In this document: positions 36,567-50,300 of the stretch, one piece after another | Layout: each line of letters starts with the position of its first letter | Numbering within the stretch: the stretch's first letter is position 1 | Origin: Styela clava | Taxonomy: Eukaryota | Reading direction: 5' to 3' | DNA: 64,000 bases | Assembly (NCBI RefSeq): GCF_964204865.1 | Contig: NC_135253.1 | Location: 16,802,001 to 16,866,000, forward strand | Program-made: the position numbers and the translations under genes | Notes under the pieces: generated by a model | Seen by the model: the letters and a program-made list of their open reading frames with translations, nothing else | The model's database searches: none | What the model was told of the DNA's origin: nothing

Positions 36567-39500
36567 ATGATATTCAAGAATGAAGATCAAGTTTCCACGT
36601 TAGATCCAGTTGCCACAAGTAACACTACTATTCCCTCGCACGAAAGTGGTATGACGTTTGGTGCTTGTAAAATAAATTTTATTGGAGAGGCATTACGAAA
36701 AATGACATATTTTGTTTTGTGTTTTAGATGTGAATATCCAGACGGACTGGATGGCATTATTCTGGGAAAGAATGAGAGGAGCCAGTTGGAGGTCTTTCAT
36801 AAATTTTATGACTAATGGTAATTGTTGCCAAATAGGAGCCTCAGCCAAAAGACAGGAACAACTAGAGTCTCCACAAAAAAGTAAACTATCCGGATTCCTA
36901 TCCGAAGACATAAAGAAATTTCGATCGCTACCAGATGTACGAGACCCGATGCTTTTTACATGGGAAGGTAAAATGACAGAATATCGTCAGCCTTTATATT
37001 ATTCAGTAGTCGTTATAAGTTAGGTATTCGAGAAATCCATAAATATAAAAATTCAAATTGAAAATTTAGAATATGGCATGATTTTTACTTACTTTTTTTC
37101 TGTGACATACTGCATATAGGATTCGTTGAAAAATTACGTTGGGTTGGGTCGGCCATCAATGAGTTTTTAGACCAGGATTCTGCGGAATATGATGAAATTC
37201 CACCTGGATCAATATCGGAATCAGCGAACATCATGCAGACCGATGCTTCACAAGTAGATAACGAATCACCTTCCGGTATGATTTTGTATTCTTTCGCTTC
37301 CACTTAGGGTTTTGTTTTTTATCAATTCTAAAAAAAACATCGTGTTTTAAAACAAGTGCTTGTTTTAAATCTAAATTTTTATGTATTTTTTGTATTTTTT
37401 ATTGAAATACCCCTTGCATCGCCGCGAAACTGTACGCCAAAACGTTGCAATCTGGCAGCTGCACACGCAGCCGGAATTATAATTTCAAAAATGGAAGTAA
37501 AATTTTTTATTTTGACTTTCACCACTATTGCGTACATTTATCGCCAATTTATATCTCCACCAAAGTCATAAGATTTTACCCGGAATGTTTAGCCGAGATA
37601 TCACAGAGACGTTTTGAGTGAGAAAAATCATGAAAATTAGCTCACGAGCCTACTACAAAAGCAATTCGATCAAGTGCAGCTCCTCGGCAAAACGAGTGGG
37701 TTACGATAATGAATAAATATGCTTATATCGGCGATAATCTACTGATATGAACGATGAGACACACTAACCTAGCCTATATGTTATATGTAAGAGTCCTCTG
37801 ATGCAAAGACGCCACAACTAATCTGTTATGACGCCATCATATGGATTTCGAGGTCATGTATTGACATTTTTCTCATAAAATGAAGTCATTGTTACTGTTA
37901 ATACTGTTCGGTTAGTTTATGCTTAGCATACTTTGTTTTTTAAGGTTGAAGTGAGTTTTTCAAAGTTATACAAACTCATTTATTCGATCGCATTTCAATT
38001 TTCGCAACGTGGTTTCATCGCAGCAGAGTCGTTCACGTAATGGCTTATCGGTTGCGTCTTACTGCGCCAACCACTGAACTACAGCTTGAGAAGATGTGCA
38101 TGAGCCAAACAATTCTTTTTGAACAAATCCCTACTTCCACTGCTACGGCAATCAATATTCATTAGGGCAAAATCAGAAAAGCGTTTTTATAATCTACATA
38201 ATGTAATTATTTGTAAAGGATATTTCTTGCAAATCGAATAACTTATGTTGCGGCATTTTATACAAATATGTGCGTTTAATATATTGTGTCTCAAGGATGC
38301 ACGCCATTTTTAGACAGAGATTGCATGTCACATTCCCGCAATGCTCTGATGAATTACGGCATAACTTGATTCACAGATCATGATGATGAATATCAGCATG
38401 AAAATATCAAGGACGAATCCGTGCCAATGTCTGATTATCGTTCAGATCTCAGGTCATACAGTCCAGTGTCGACCTATGCGTATCAATTACCACAAGGTTG
38501 GTATATCACTTAAGCCAAACGTCCCAACCAATTCAACCAGGGGTGTTTGGAGCATGGTTCAATACATATGAACTAGAAATTAGATCGCTGGTCTCTATGT
38601 TGGCATCATTTCATTCTTCGGGTAGTTCAACTTTCTACCAAATCAAACCATCTTCTCATCAACACTAATATGACGAGAAAGGGAATAGCATTAGAACAGT
38701 CTTTGGACACGAAATGGACCTATGAATCGTTGTGTTGTGGCATTCTTCATTTCGTTGTTATCGTTTTTGTAAAAAATCCTTTACTTTTTTACTACTGCAC
38801 CAATTGCTTTGAAATTCCCAGTTGTTAATTATCGTTGTTGTCGCTAAAAAGCTATCACTTTTTTTTTAATTTTTGCGGGCTCTATAGAATTCGTTTTCAC
38901 TTAGAAGTTTTATGTGATGAAAATTACAAATTGCGCACGTTGTGGCGGTTCCGAAATTGCATTTAGGGAGTTCTATAAAACATCTTATACTGCTTTTTGG
39001 CTTTCGTGTCCATATTTTTGAGTATTGCTCGCTTGTTTTACAAAAGTTCCAATAAGCGCATATTGAGTCTTTTAAAGGGCTCTTTTCAGTACATGGCACT
39101 AATCTCAGCAGTACAATTCGTGTATCCGCCATTAACAATATTCGGTTCTCTCATATCAGCCTCAATTGTAACTTTTAGTGCAAAATCAAATTAGTGAAAT
39201 CATACAAATCAATAATGTTCATTATTGTATATAGACTGAAATTTAAACCACCCAAGTGCGACAGTGATAGCTGTCAAAGTGTTGTGTTTATGGCATGTGA
39301 TTACCAGTGAATTTTAATCATTTTCATTTATCATTGTGCATACTAATACTCACTAAAGACGACATTTATAAGATATTAATCCAAATGTCACATTGTTTAT
39401 ATTATTTTACAGAAGAAACTGCATCAACTGGGTCTTTTCGTTCATCAGAACGATCTTCTATTAATGAAGATGAAAAAAAGAATATTCAAGGAGAAAAAAT

Positions 39501-42500
39501 CCATGGTATTTGTTTCTTTAATCATAATTGAACAATTGAGCATAACTGAACTAAAATACAACTAGAAATCGGGTTATTAGTATATACAATAAATTGTATC
39601 CCAAGCATTCATCATTGTAAATTTACTGAACTGACATTAGTCATGAAAGGTTATACGGTCGAGAGAAATGAAAAAAGGGTTCTCAGAGGAAAATTTTAAT
39701 ACTAAATTTGTATATGCCCCATCGTGTATCATTCGTTAAACATCAAAATAACTAGATTGTGTCGTACAGTTGAATATTTTGCAAATTTAGAAAAAAGAAA
39801 CGCTCTCTCCAGTTTTCGTCACAAAGTTGCGAAAAGGTCATCAACAATTGCAGGGATGGGCCCCATAAACGGAATATTTGATATTAAAGATGTCGGAATT
39901 AAAAGCATTCCTGAGCTTATTGAAATTGATAAGCAAGTCCCTGTTTCCAAAACGGAAGTACCAGATGTTGTTGATGAAATAAACGAAAAAGAATCAGATG
40001 TAGAGACAAAAAAGAAAAGATTGAGACATATTGCAATTACGGGTGGAATCGGATATGGAAAGACAACTCTCCTGAGACGTTTCACAAGGATGGCATTAGA
40101 TAACAATGTATTGGTTGGTGATGCGGAAAAGGATGAACCAACTTCCGGTTTTAATCCTTTTTCGGGGAAGGGTTCATTTGATTTTTTTCATTTCATTTCT
40201 GTAAAGGATCTACCGCATGTGCGGTGCACACCTGTTCAACTTTTGTTTCGATCACTTTTGGGTAACTTAACAGAAGAAGAAGCAAAGGCTGGATGTGAAT
40301 GGCTGAAATCTTCAAACAAGAAAATTCTACTAGTGATTGATGGTTTAGATGAGCAGGGGTGGAGTTTTAAAGCTGAATTTGATCAAATGGATTACAACGA
40401 CACCGCAAGCGCAGAATGCATCATTGCAAATATCCTTGGTGGCCATCTATTTCCCGATGCATTTTTGTTAACTACGTGTAATGAATCAGTACTACAATTC
40501 TTTAACGAGAATTTACGACCTGATAAGATTTTAGCACTCAATGGTTTAGAAGAAGATGATATTGTAAAGATTTTTAAATCTATATCGGATGCATCGAATA
40601 AAAATGCAATAAAAAATATAGACGCTGAATCAATGTCAACTTGTTCTACACCACTGTATCTGGTAATGAATTCGTTGATTGCGAGTCAAGAAAGAAGCGT
40701 CAAAGTTGCATCTGGGCCAACAGTTATATTGAATTTAATACGATTATTTGTTTATGAAAAGTTTTCTAACAACCCAAATATCACATTCATCCTCAAGAGA
40801 CTGAAGCAAACGGCCTACACGATGACTATGTCACATAGGTATCGTTTCAGAGAAGATCAAATCATTGACATTGGAATATCTCTTGAAGATATCCGAGATC
40901 TATTAATAGTAACCGCTCAAGGAAAAAAGTCTAAAAGAAAAGGCAATTACACAGAAATGCAATTTTCTCACATGGCCATCCAAAAAACACTTTGCGCTTT
41001 ACATGTTTGCTCGATGAGCGCAAAAAGCTTTTGTATGTTCGTCACAAATCATTTGGCTCTACCGCCTTTCTCTTTCATCAGAAAAGTGATATGTGCCATT
41101 ATTCTCAATTCATCAACGCGGCAAAAATATCAGCAGATCGTAAAAGGTAATTTTAAAGTAGATGAACATAAAGTTTAATTAGTTGTGTAAAGGTTTAGAC
41201 CATTATGTTATCTAATTGAGATGAACAATGAGGGTTTAAACATACTTCGTACTGAAAACAATTTTTCATTCGGAATAACAGTTGGGTGCATTTTTCTGAA
41301 TTCCAGTATTGAACATATACTAACGCACAGATCTGCAAATAAATTTCAAATGATGCTGTTTAATTTTAGTATTTTCCCTAAGTTCTAAATTATTACCAAT
41401 TATTACCATGTTGCAGTACCAAAACTTGAAGAAAAGATTGCTTTTCTCCAAGATTTTCTACGAAAAATGTTGTCGTCTGATACCTCACCAAGACACAAGA
41501 TTGAAATACTTTCCGCGTTGAGTGAGTGTGATGAGAGTACTTTTCGGGCTCTAGATAAAGATTTCAGCAAGATATCTGTATCAGATATTACTCTCGCTCC
41601 GTCAGACTTAAACAGCTTATCGAAAGTCATCACAAACTCTGGTCGAATTGATTTACTTGATCTCACAAGCTGTTACCTGGATGACAAAAATATTGACACA
41701 CTGTGGAGTTTGATAAAAACTGGTAAAGCAAAGGTAAGATATTGTTCCCTGCGTTCATTGCCTAATATGGTATCTCTCGTGATGCAAAAAAAAAAGATTT
41801 GTCACGATCACGATGGTCAACATTTGTACTTCAACTCTTTTTTTGTCGCGTATTTTTTCTCAATAACCTCAAATAATGTTTTGATCAACTTCCGGACCTC
41901 CTGAAGTATGCGCAACAAGATGGCGCACAACCTGAACTCAGGTTGTGTACCAGGTCAGGGTTCAGGTTATGCGACATCTTGGTGCGCATAATTCAGAAGT
42001 AACCAACTTTCTATAGAATATCGCACGACTTGGCACGTAATCAACTTATGTCAATACTTGAAAATTTGTGACGAATGGTTTATGAATAAAACCGTGAACG
42101 TGAAATTGGCGTCAACCTAACTATCACAAAAATTAAAAAATAAATGATTTCTTCCGACTACCATGCGAATTATTTTACCAGAAGAATATACTGTATTTAG
42201 ATTCGGAAACTATGTCTCAAAGAAAACGGTTATCTTGAGTTTGCTTGTAACTCTTTTGGAAAACTTGTAGATCATTGCTTTGTGGAAGAAGTTGATATCA
42301 GCGATTGTGATTTGGACAAAAGCAAAGTTAGACATTTGCAAAAAGCTTTCAAACACAATGTTGAGGTGAGTCGAAATAAAAAGAAGTGAGGGTTACTCAA
42401 ACAATGATTATATATTCTCATTTATATATATATATAAATATCTCTACACCCTAGTATTTTAAAAAGGATACATCAAAAGACGCATTGCGTCGATGTTTGA

Positions 42501-43893
42501 GTATGTTTAGCGAAGGTTTTTATGTTTGTACAAATTAACATTTTATACGATGTGTAGCTTGATGGACTTATCCTCAACAACAATCCGCACCTAGGCAAAG
42601 CAGGAGTCGAAATTATAGGAGAACTTGTGCATAACTGTGGCCTCGAAAAAATTGGATTCGGTAATTGTGCTATAACACCGAAAAGTCTGTCTCGATTTCA
42701 AAGAGGATTGAAAGGAACAAAGGTATTCTAAAAATACATCGAATTTCAGTCCTAAAAAACTTTTTACCTACACATAATGCTTCAGTTTAGAAAATTGGAC
42801 CTCAGCTCAAATCCATACATGGAAATTCGCGGCTTAGAAAAGGTTGGAGAAATACTACATGAATGTCGCGTTCAAGAATTGAACATCAGTAACTGTCAGC
42901 TAAAAGACAAGGAAATAAGAAAGTTTCAAATAGCTCTCAAGTCGGCTAAAGTAATTTTCCATTGAATATATATTAGTGTTTCATGCATATTTTTCACGTT
43001 ATGATTAACGCTTTTGAAAACTAGATCAGACTGGATCTGAGCTGACAATATAGCAGACCAACTGCAGTCTCTTTCGGAAGGAAACTCGGGCCGTATGCCC
43101 ATCCTCGTTCCTAAACTGAAAGAAGATTTGGGGAAATTCCTTTAACCGTTAAATCATTTATGTTATAAAATTTCTTGAAACAAAGTAATAAATTAAAAGT
43201 TCCCGTTGTTTCAGAATTTTTAATGCAAAATGGCACTTAAATAATTTCATCGATTTCAGAAAATCGGATTTTCAGATTGATTCATGAAAATAAAACGAAC
43301 GACACTCCTGTGAAATAGTCCAATATTTGGAATCACTTTGTTTGTTTTTTTCGACCAGATTTGTCACATTCATTGCACAGTTATAATGTGAAGTGCAAAA
43401 TTTGTTTATAGGTGACTAGATTCCTAGGTTTCATGGTTGAAATATATAAGCATATAAATATTTATTTAAACACAAATACAGATGACAGTATTGGATATTA
43501 GCTCTAAAACTTATCGTGATGCTACGGAACACAATATAATTGCTATATCGCGACTCTTGGGTCACGTTAGTAAAGAAATCAAAATGAAGAATTGGGATAT
43601 TTCGGAAAAAGCTTTCACCATGTTACAAGAAAATATGAATTCAGCAGCATTACCGGTGAGATGTAATTTTGGTAATTTGAGAGAAACTATTAGTAATGAC
43701 TGTATTGAAATAACAGTAATCGAAAATATGCGTTCAAAAGGAATTTTAACTCGGAGCGAAATGCAACGAAATTTTACATGGAAGATAAAATACTAGAGTA
43801 TGACTTATGCAATCACTTTTTTGTATTTTATCACAGGATCTTAAAATAACTTTTGGAACAGATGGACAACAAGTTGTTATGGCTCGTAAATAA
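36567..43893 (+). CDS. NLR-B: NACHT-LRR protein, about 1036 aa
   Basis: Exons 36567-36648, 36728-36967, 37120-37275, 38377-38496, 39413-39505, 39770-41146 (NACHT), 41417-41733, 42201-42365, 42558-42722, 42786-42950, 43482-43655, 43837-43893. All are GT-AG and in frame (3111 nt). Walker A GGIGYGKTT, Walker B VIDGLDE, CSTPL, FSHMAIQK, and LRRs (LDLTSCYL, LDLSSNP, LNISNCQL). The small N-terminal exons are less certain. Confidence 0.88.
41893..42004. mobile_element. Short palindromic MITE (same family as 47621-47731, related to 17212-17443), in an NLR-B intron
   Basis: CGGACCTCCTGAAGTATGCGCA.CAAGATGGCGCACAACC...GGTTATGCGACATCTTGGTGCGCATA.TTCAG; nearly the reverse complement of 47621-47731. Confidence 0.8.
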
Positions 43894-45346
43894 CATCAAA
43901 TTCCACACCGGAGCGGTTGTTAACTCTTGAAGTCTTGCTACCTATGAAAGAAAAGTCTATTCGAGATTGGATCGACTCGACGCACTAAGTGTCCAGTCAC
44001 ATTTCTGATTCAAACCTCCAATTTTTCAAGATTAGCGAACTTGATTTATATCTGTTTCGTCTTAATGCTCGACCCGAATCGAGTAATACTTCACGACTTA
44101 AGGGAATTCATGACTCGATCAATAAATGAAGTGGTTTGGAGTTGCTACAAGTTACAAATTGCAGACGACTTTAATTCAACTTAATACTTCAACCCGATAA
44201 ACCCAAATTTAACTCGACAAGAAGAAAAGCGGAAAGAAGAATTAAGCATTTGATCAAGAAGCATCTTTGGCCATGTAGTTTATAACTAGGTATCAAGCCT
44301 GATTTAAACCTTCGTAGATATATATATTCTTGCTTTTAACTTTAATCCTTCTGTTATGTTAAGCTATTTAAAGCTTGTAAATGTAAAAGAAAATGATTTT
44401 TTGATTACTTCTTACTCATAAAGTATACCAAATTCATAATTCAATTTATCCACAAACAGAAGTTGATGTCGATTTTGCTTGTCAGAAGGTATCGGTGATT
44501 TTTTCAGTTGATTCTCAGTCCAATATCCCGGAATGAGTGTAAAATTAATTCAACTGTAATCAAGGAATCGAGGAATCTGATACATTTGTGTTCATAAATT
44601 AGCAAATTTTTAACAATATTTAACACCATATAATATAGCCAGTAAAAATTTATTTCGTGTGTAATTTGAATTATTTATGTCAGCTTGTCTTTCAAAATAA
44701 AAATATTTTTGTAATAAACAGATATTTGAGACATTTGTGTTTATCAAATATAGCGGATTTGTTCAGAGTGGCAAGAGTCAGTCGTTAAAACAATTTGATA
44801 GATTTTTGATTCTGACAGATATCTAGGGATTTGGGAAAATATGTTTGGAATTTTTAGGTGCAAAAAATTCATTGAGACTCCGTCTGAGTTTATAGAAAGT
44901 TGCTTTATACATGTACATTAGTTGTATTACAAAACATAACTTATAACATTAAATGGAAAGCCAAATGTCTTTAAAATAACATGATAACAATAACCATTTT
45001 ATGATATGTTTTACAGCTATAATTTGGAACTCCGGATATAGGGGGGCACCATTGTATTCCCATATTTTCACTGAAGGTATTATATTTCATGAATCTGACG
45101 ACTATTCCTATTTTTTTCATTTCAACACCACTATGTTTTTCTAATGTTTAAAATTATCAATTGCAAGCTGATTGAAATTTATGAACGGCAGAAATCATCT
45201 TGAAGAGAAATAAAAAACAAGCCGTATAACCGCCGATTATGGAGTGTTGTGCCAAATAATTTTTGCAAAAAACATTTTACATTAAAACTAGGTTCGTCAT
45301 GGTATGACATTTCAGCAAATTCACTTCCGAGGTCAGGAGTTTATAG

Positions 45347-46613
45347 TAGAGATGTACCGATGTATCGGTATCGGGTATCGGTATCGGCAATATCGGCCAT
45401 TTTTTCGGTATCGGCCATGTATCGGTATCGGTTAGATTAAGGCCGATATTACCGATATATTTACCTTTTTGATATGGTCCAGAATGTTTTAAAAGATAAG
45501 TTGGAATACTACTTTTTGATTTATTTTTGTCTGGAGAGATCGTGAGCTATGAGCCATACATGTCCCCACCCCTGCGAGAGAATAGGATTCACGTGTTTTT
45601 AGCTATTTATCAGCTAAACTAGCTCAACTAATTTGGCTATTTTCGCTGTCAAATTTTTATATTGACAATTTTAATATTACATAGTTTTTATGAAGAAATA
45701 TATCAACACAGCACATAACAAAAAGCAACTAGGCGCCCAGTTTTAAATCATACAGTGGAATTGGGGTCCTTCCTTATTAACGGCACATGGACTTTTGGCA
45801 CGGGTATAAATTCTGACTGTTTGTCGTCAAGTACGAGTGTCATTTAGTCCGTCGACATCGATAAACTAAATTCCGACAGAATTATCCCACTACACAGGTA
45901 TTAATTTTAATTCTGCTTAACTACACGATTTCTTTATAGATATATTGACTGGACCGCCTAGCCCTAGACTGTCTCAAAATATATGATAGCAATTGTAAAA
46001 TATTATAAAATAGTGAAGTAAAAAAACATCCTCAACGGTTATCGGTGGGCCTTCTTTTTGTCGGTGCTGATTGATATTCTTTCATGTTGGCTTTGACTTA
46101 TTGGGTCGACGATTACGATTAGCCACTAAATTAAATATTTGTAAAATGCTTTTAATTTGAACGTAGGACGGCGGCGCTAGAATGTGTGGGTGATATTCGA
46201 TATTCTCTTAAACACGAATAACGATATTCGAAGCTCGCGATATTAACATTAAATTCAAATTGGACATCCCGGCTTATGAGTTTTCTAATTGAACACCGAG
46301 ATTACTAGCGTTACTGTACAATGTATCTTAATCAGTTACAGCATATGGATACCAAACCTTAATTTCATATTATGTGATATATATATATTTTTTTTCGATC
46401 TGAAATAATGTGTACTATGAACAACGCTTAAAGACCATTGTTTTAACCCGTCTGCCCTACACAGCATACCTAATTAAGTAATAATTACATAGTATCGGTA
46501 TCGGAATATCGGCCTTTTTGTAGTATCGGCGTATCGGTATCGGTATCGGCATTTTTAGCTGGTATCGGATCGGTATCGGTATCGGCGACAAAAGTGGTAT
46601 CGGTACATCTCTA
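45347..46613. mobile_element. Non-autonomous hAT element with ATCGGT subterminal arrays
   Basis: 15-bp perfect TIR TAGAGATGTACCGAT. Perfect 8-bp TSD GTTTATAG (45339-45346 and 46614-46621). (TATCGG)n arrays at both ends. Confidence 0.93.
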
Positions 46614-47375
46614 GTTTATAGTAGCAGCAGATGAATAGCATGAATTGTGAAAAATCATGGCGTAGACACAAAATTTCATATTAGAGCGTCAATGTGCCCA
46701 AGTATCTCGTTGCATAAAATTGTTGTTCTGTCCCGCATGCATAATTAGCTGGCATATTCTCACTGGTCCATTGAAACTAGTTGAATGTCTAAATATTCCT
46801 GTTCAGATACTCATTTATCAATAAATTAAGAAGGAGAGGATTTTTGTTTTGTATTCAAATTTTGGGTTAATATTTCATATCAACGTTTTATGAAAAAAAA
46901 CTCAATCAGACCTCGCACAGCATTTTTTCCAACAAGAAATTTATCACATTCACTTATGGATCCTGAAAAGCAAAAATAATTGCGATATTGTGTCAAAACA
47001 GCTGTTAAACAAAGAACACATATTACGCCACACTGCAAAAGTGTTGATTACCGATGGTTAATCGTGTTGCGCAATCTGTGATGTCAGTCCCGTTTCTTTT
47101 TAGCCTTATCTCGTATAAAAGGGACAACAAAAAGAATGCCTTTAAGCTGCTAATGCCACTTCAGGAGAATATATCTTAGCATTCAATGTTGTTATACTTC
47201 ATACTGTTCCATCTGACAAAGGCCTTGAAAAAAGGTGCCTAGGAACGAGAAATCAACTATTGAAGATGCATATTTCCAAACGGACAAAAAATGCTGGTGT
47301 TCTCGACGCTGGTCGTATTACAATAGTTGCCCATGCGGTAAGCCTCAATTCAAATTATTTTTTTGCACATATCGA

Positions 47376-50300
47376 TTAGGTTTGCTTTGTTAATGTACAT
47401 CTTCCATTGTCTTCATAAACGAGCTTGAAGTCCTGAAACAATATCATATGAACCAGCACGGAAAAAGCATATGTAAACATCATAGAATGATATTTAAAAC
47501 ATTAAAACATGCCGCATGCAAACCATTTACATGATATTGAAATGACACATGAAAACAGACTTAAACATCGAGCTTAGTAGAGAAAGGGCACTACAGACGG
47601 TTGCATATATACTGATTTTTGGTACTCCTGAAGTATGCGCACCAAGATGTCGCATAACCTGAACCCTAACCTGGTACACAACCTGAGTTTAGGTTGTGCG
47701 CCATCTTGGTGCGCATACTTCAGGAGGTCCGATTTATTTATACCTATTTTTAATACAACTTACTGGGTGAGCAGAATCGTCGATATGCTGCTGCACCATG
47801 CTTTTCATTCTCTCGTTTATTTTCCAGTCTATCATTTTCAATTCTTGAGTAACATGAGGTAATAGTTTTGATATTGCATCGACATAAGGCATAGTAACAT
47901 ACTTTTTCAATTCATGAGTCGTGATGTCTAAGACGTCCATCTGTAGTATAAATACGGATGTTAAAGGCTACTTGGAAATAGTAATATATGCATTCATGTT
48001 AAAACAGTTTCACGAAGGCCGAATCGAAGTAGTATGAAATCATTTACAATACCGGCGGTCATGCTTCGCTGATCCCCGGGTCGCTGAAATTGGGTTAATG
48101 CGTAACGCAAGGTGCGCAATTTTTAATTTCTATGACATCATCACACAAAAATTAAGTAAAAACGAATCCATATGACTCACCGACACTTTTGAAATAAATA
48201 AAAGTAATGGCCTACTAGCGACAACAACAATCTGAATTCAACCACTGAATATTCAAAAGCAATTGGTCGAGTAATCATAGAGAAACAACAATAACAAGGA
48301 GAAGAATACTAACAACAACAATTCAACAAAACGGTTCATATGTTCACTTTATGTTCATTACAACGCTTCATTACCTTATTATTTATTGTAAACTTACCGT
48401 TGCCTCGCCCAAACCTTTGGCAAACGCGGAAATCTCTTCAGCTGTTTGATCACATCTACTCATATTTACTTTTTTCGCGGAACTGTCTTCAACGATTTGT
48501 CCCATGATACGCGCACCTTGGGTTCCCATAGACCGGTTGTAATTGATGTCTAGTATTTCAATCTAGGAAACAATATTGGAAGTATTGGGTATTCAAGTTC
48601 AAGGTCATGAACGTTGTCTAAATATGATGAAATAATATGTGTTACCTTTGTCTTTCCCAGAGATCGATGTAGGCATCTTATTTTATTCTTCGTTAAATTA
48701 CATTTTGCAATATTCAATTTCTTGAACTCGTTTTGGGAATTTTTTACAACATTTCCAATAATTGCAATCCCAATTGAGCCGAGTTTTTCACTTCTGCTGA
48801 TATCAACTTTGACGAGCTATAAGGGAAAAAACGATTTAAGATATTTAGTTTGTGGTTGTTTTTGTGATAAACAGTAAACATTTTAGTCTGGTGATGGTGA
48901 CTATATGTATATTGCAGTATATGTACTTCAAAATATATTCAATAAAATGTTTTGATGAACAGTTTTCAACGGTATTGCCAGGCTGCAGACATATTACCAC
49001 TAAATCAAATGAAAATATTGGAAAACATAATATACAAGAAATTTGTAGACAACTATTTATATATTAATTAATTATTATTATAAACTATTATACTAGCAAT
49101 AACGTGTTTAATAATATCTTTCATAATTACATACAAACTTGTCACAAACCTTGGTAGGAGGAAAAGAAGCGCATTTTTGCAATCTTTCATCCGTTAATGA
49201 ACAATCATTGATGTTAAGTTTCTCTACTTCACAGTGTACAATCATTTTGAAAAGAGTTCCGCAATCAAAATCGTATCGGTGATTACTATGAACGTCCAGA
49301 GATTTTATCTGTAAGTTATAGTCACAAAACATTAGATAAAAAAGTGGGTTTAAATAGCGATATTTGAATCAGTGAATCGGGGTTTCCCTGATGATGCAAC
49401 TTTCAACACTTGGCCATGTAGGCGGATCTTCAATATTCCGAGTTTATTTCAACAAAATGTTTAGTTTGTTTCAAGTACAAAATATATATTGATAGTAAAA
49501 ATGATTTCAATATGAGTCGCTCGACTTTAGGGGCATGCCTATTGCAATTCGAAAAACACGAGTTTTGTTCCCAATAACGATATCGCCTTTTTCGACAAAT
49601 TTAAATTTCACCACATACTTTTCAATATGGTAATGTTGAAGTTTACTGTTATTTCCATCATTACCTGCAAATTAGACTTTTGTATTTCATTCCAAATGAT
49701 GTTCATCTTTTCTTCATTCAAGTCAGTGTCCCAAAGTTCGAAGATATCTAGTTTATGCATTCGGCTCAGTATCCGACCAAGTACATACGCGTCAGTTGGA
49801 GTCAAAACAAATCTACTTAGCTTGACGTAAGAAGGGTGCGAATCCAACAAAGAATCTGCTCCAGAACCAGATTCGTAGAGAGAAGATAGAAGCTCCAGAT
49901 AATCTTGTCTTGATAAATGTGCTTCTAGTGCTTCTTTAAGAAACACAGCAAGCAATACCTTTTTTTCCTCGTGATCTGAAACTAGATTACAATACGAATT
50001 GAAATGCAGACAAAAACAAAGAGAGATTGAATCTAAGCAAGATGTCAAATTATAGACAACCTAACAACTCTCACAAATGTGATGGAACAAAGTCAAAACA
50101 CTATTAATAGTATAAATTACAGTTTTGATAGAATTGTTTTAATACATTTAGTTGAATTAAGAAACGTATAATTAGAATTGAACTCCTAGCAAATATATGT
50201 AATAAAAGAGACCGACTTTGGTATATATTTATTTTCGAAATTACGTCAGTTGATTATTCAAAAGAAATGGCTTTATAAATATTTTCTGGACATAAGTTAA

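Noticed and set aside
39819-40106. Antisense ORFs over NACHT and transposase exons (also 29955-30197, 50911-51684, 59666-60937)
   Set aside because: These are shadow ORFs of real coding sequence on the opposite strand, with no independent motifs.
45347-46613. CRISPR-like or coding repeat (ORF 45249-45440 YRYRVSVSAISA)
   Set aside because: The ATCGGT arrays are subterminal repeats of a hAT element with TIR and TSD. There is no repeat-spacer structure and the genome is eukaryotic.
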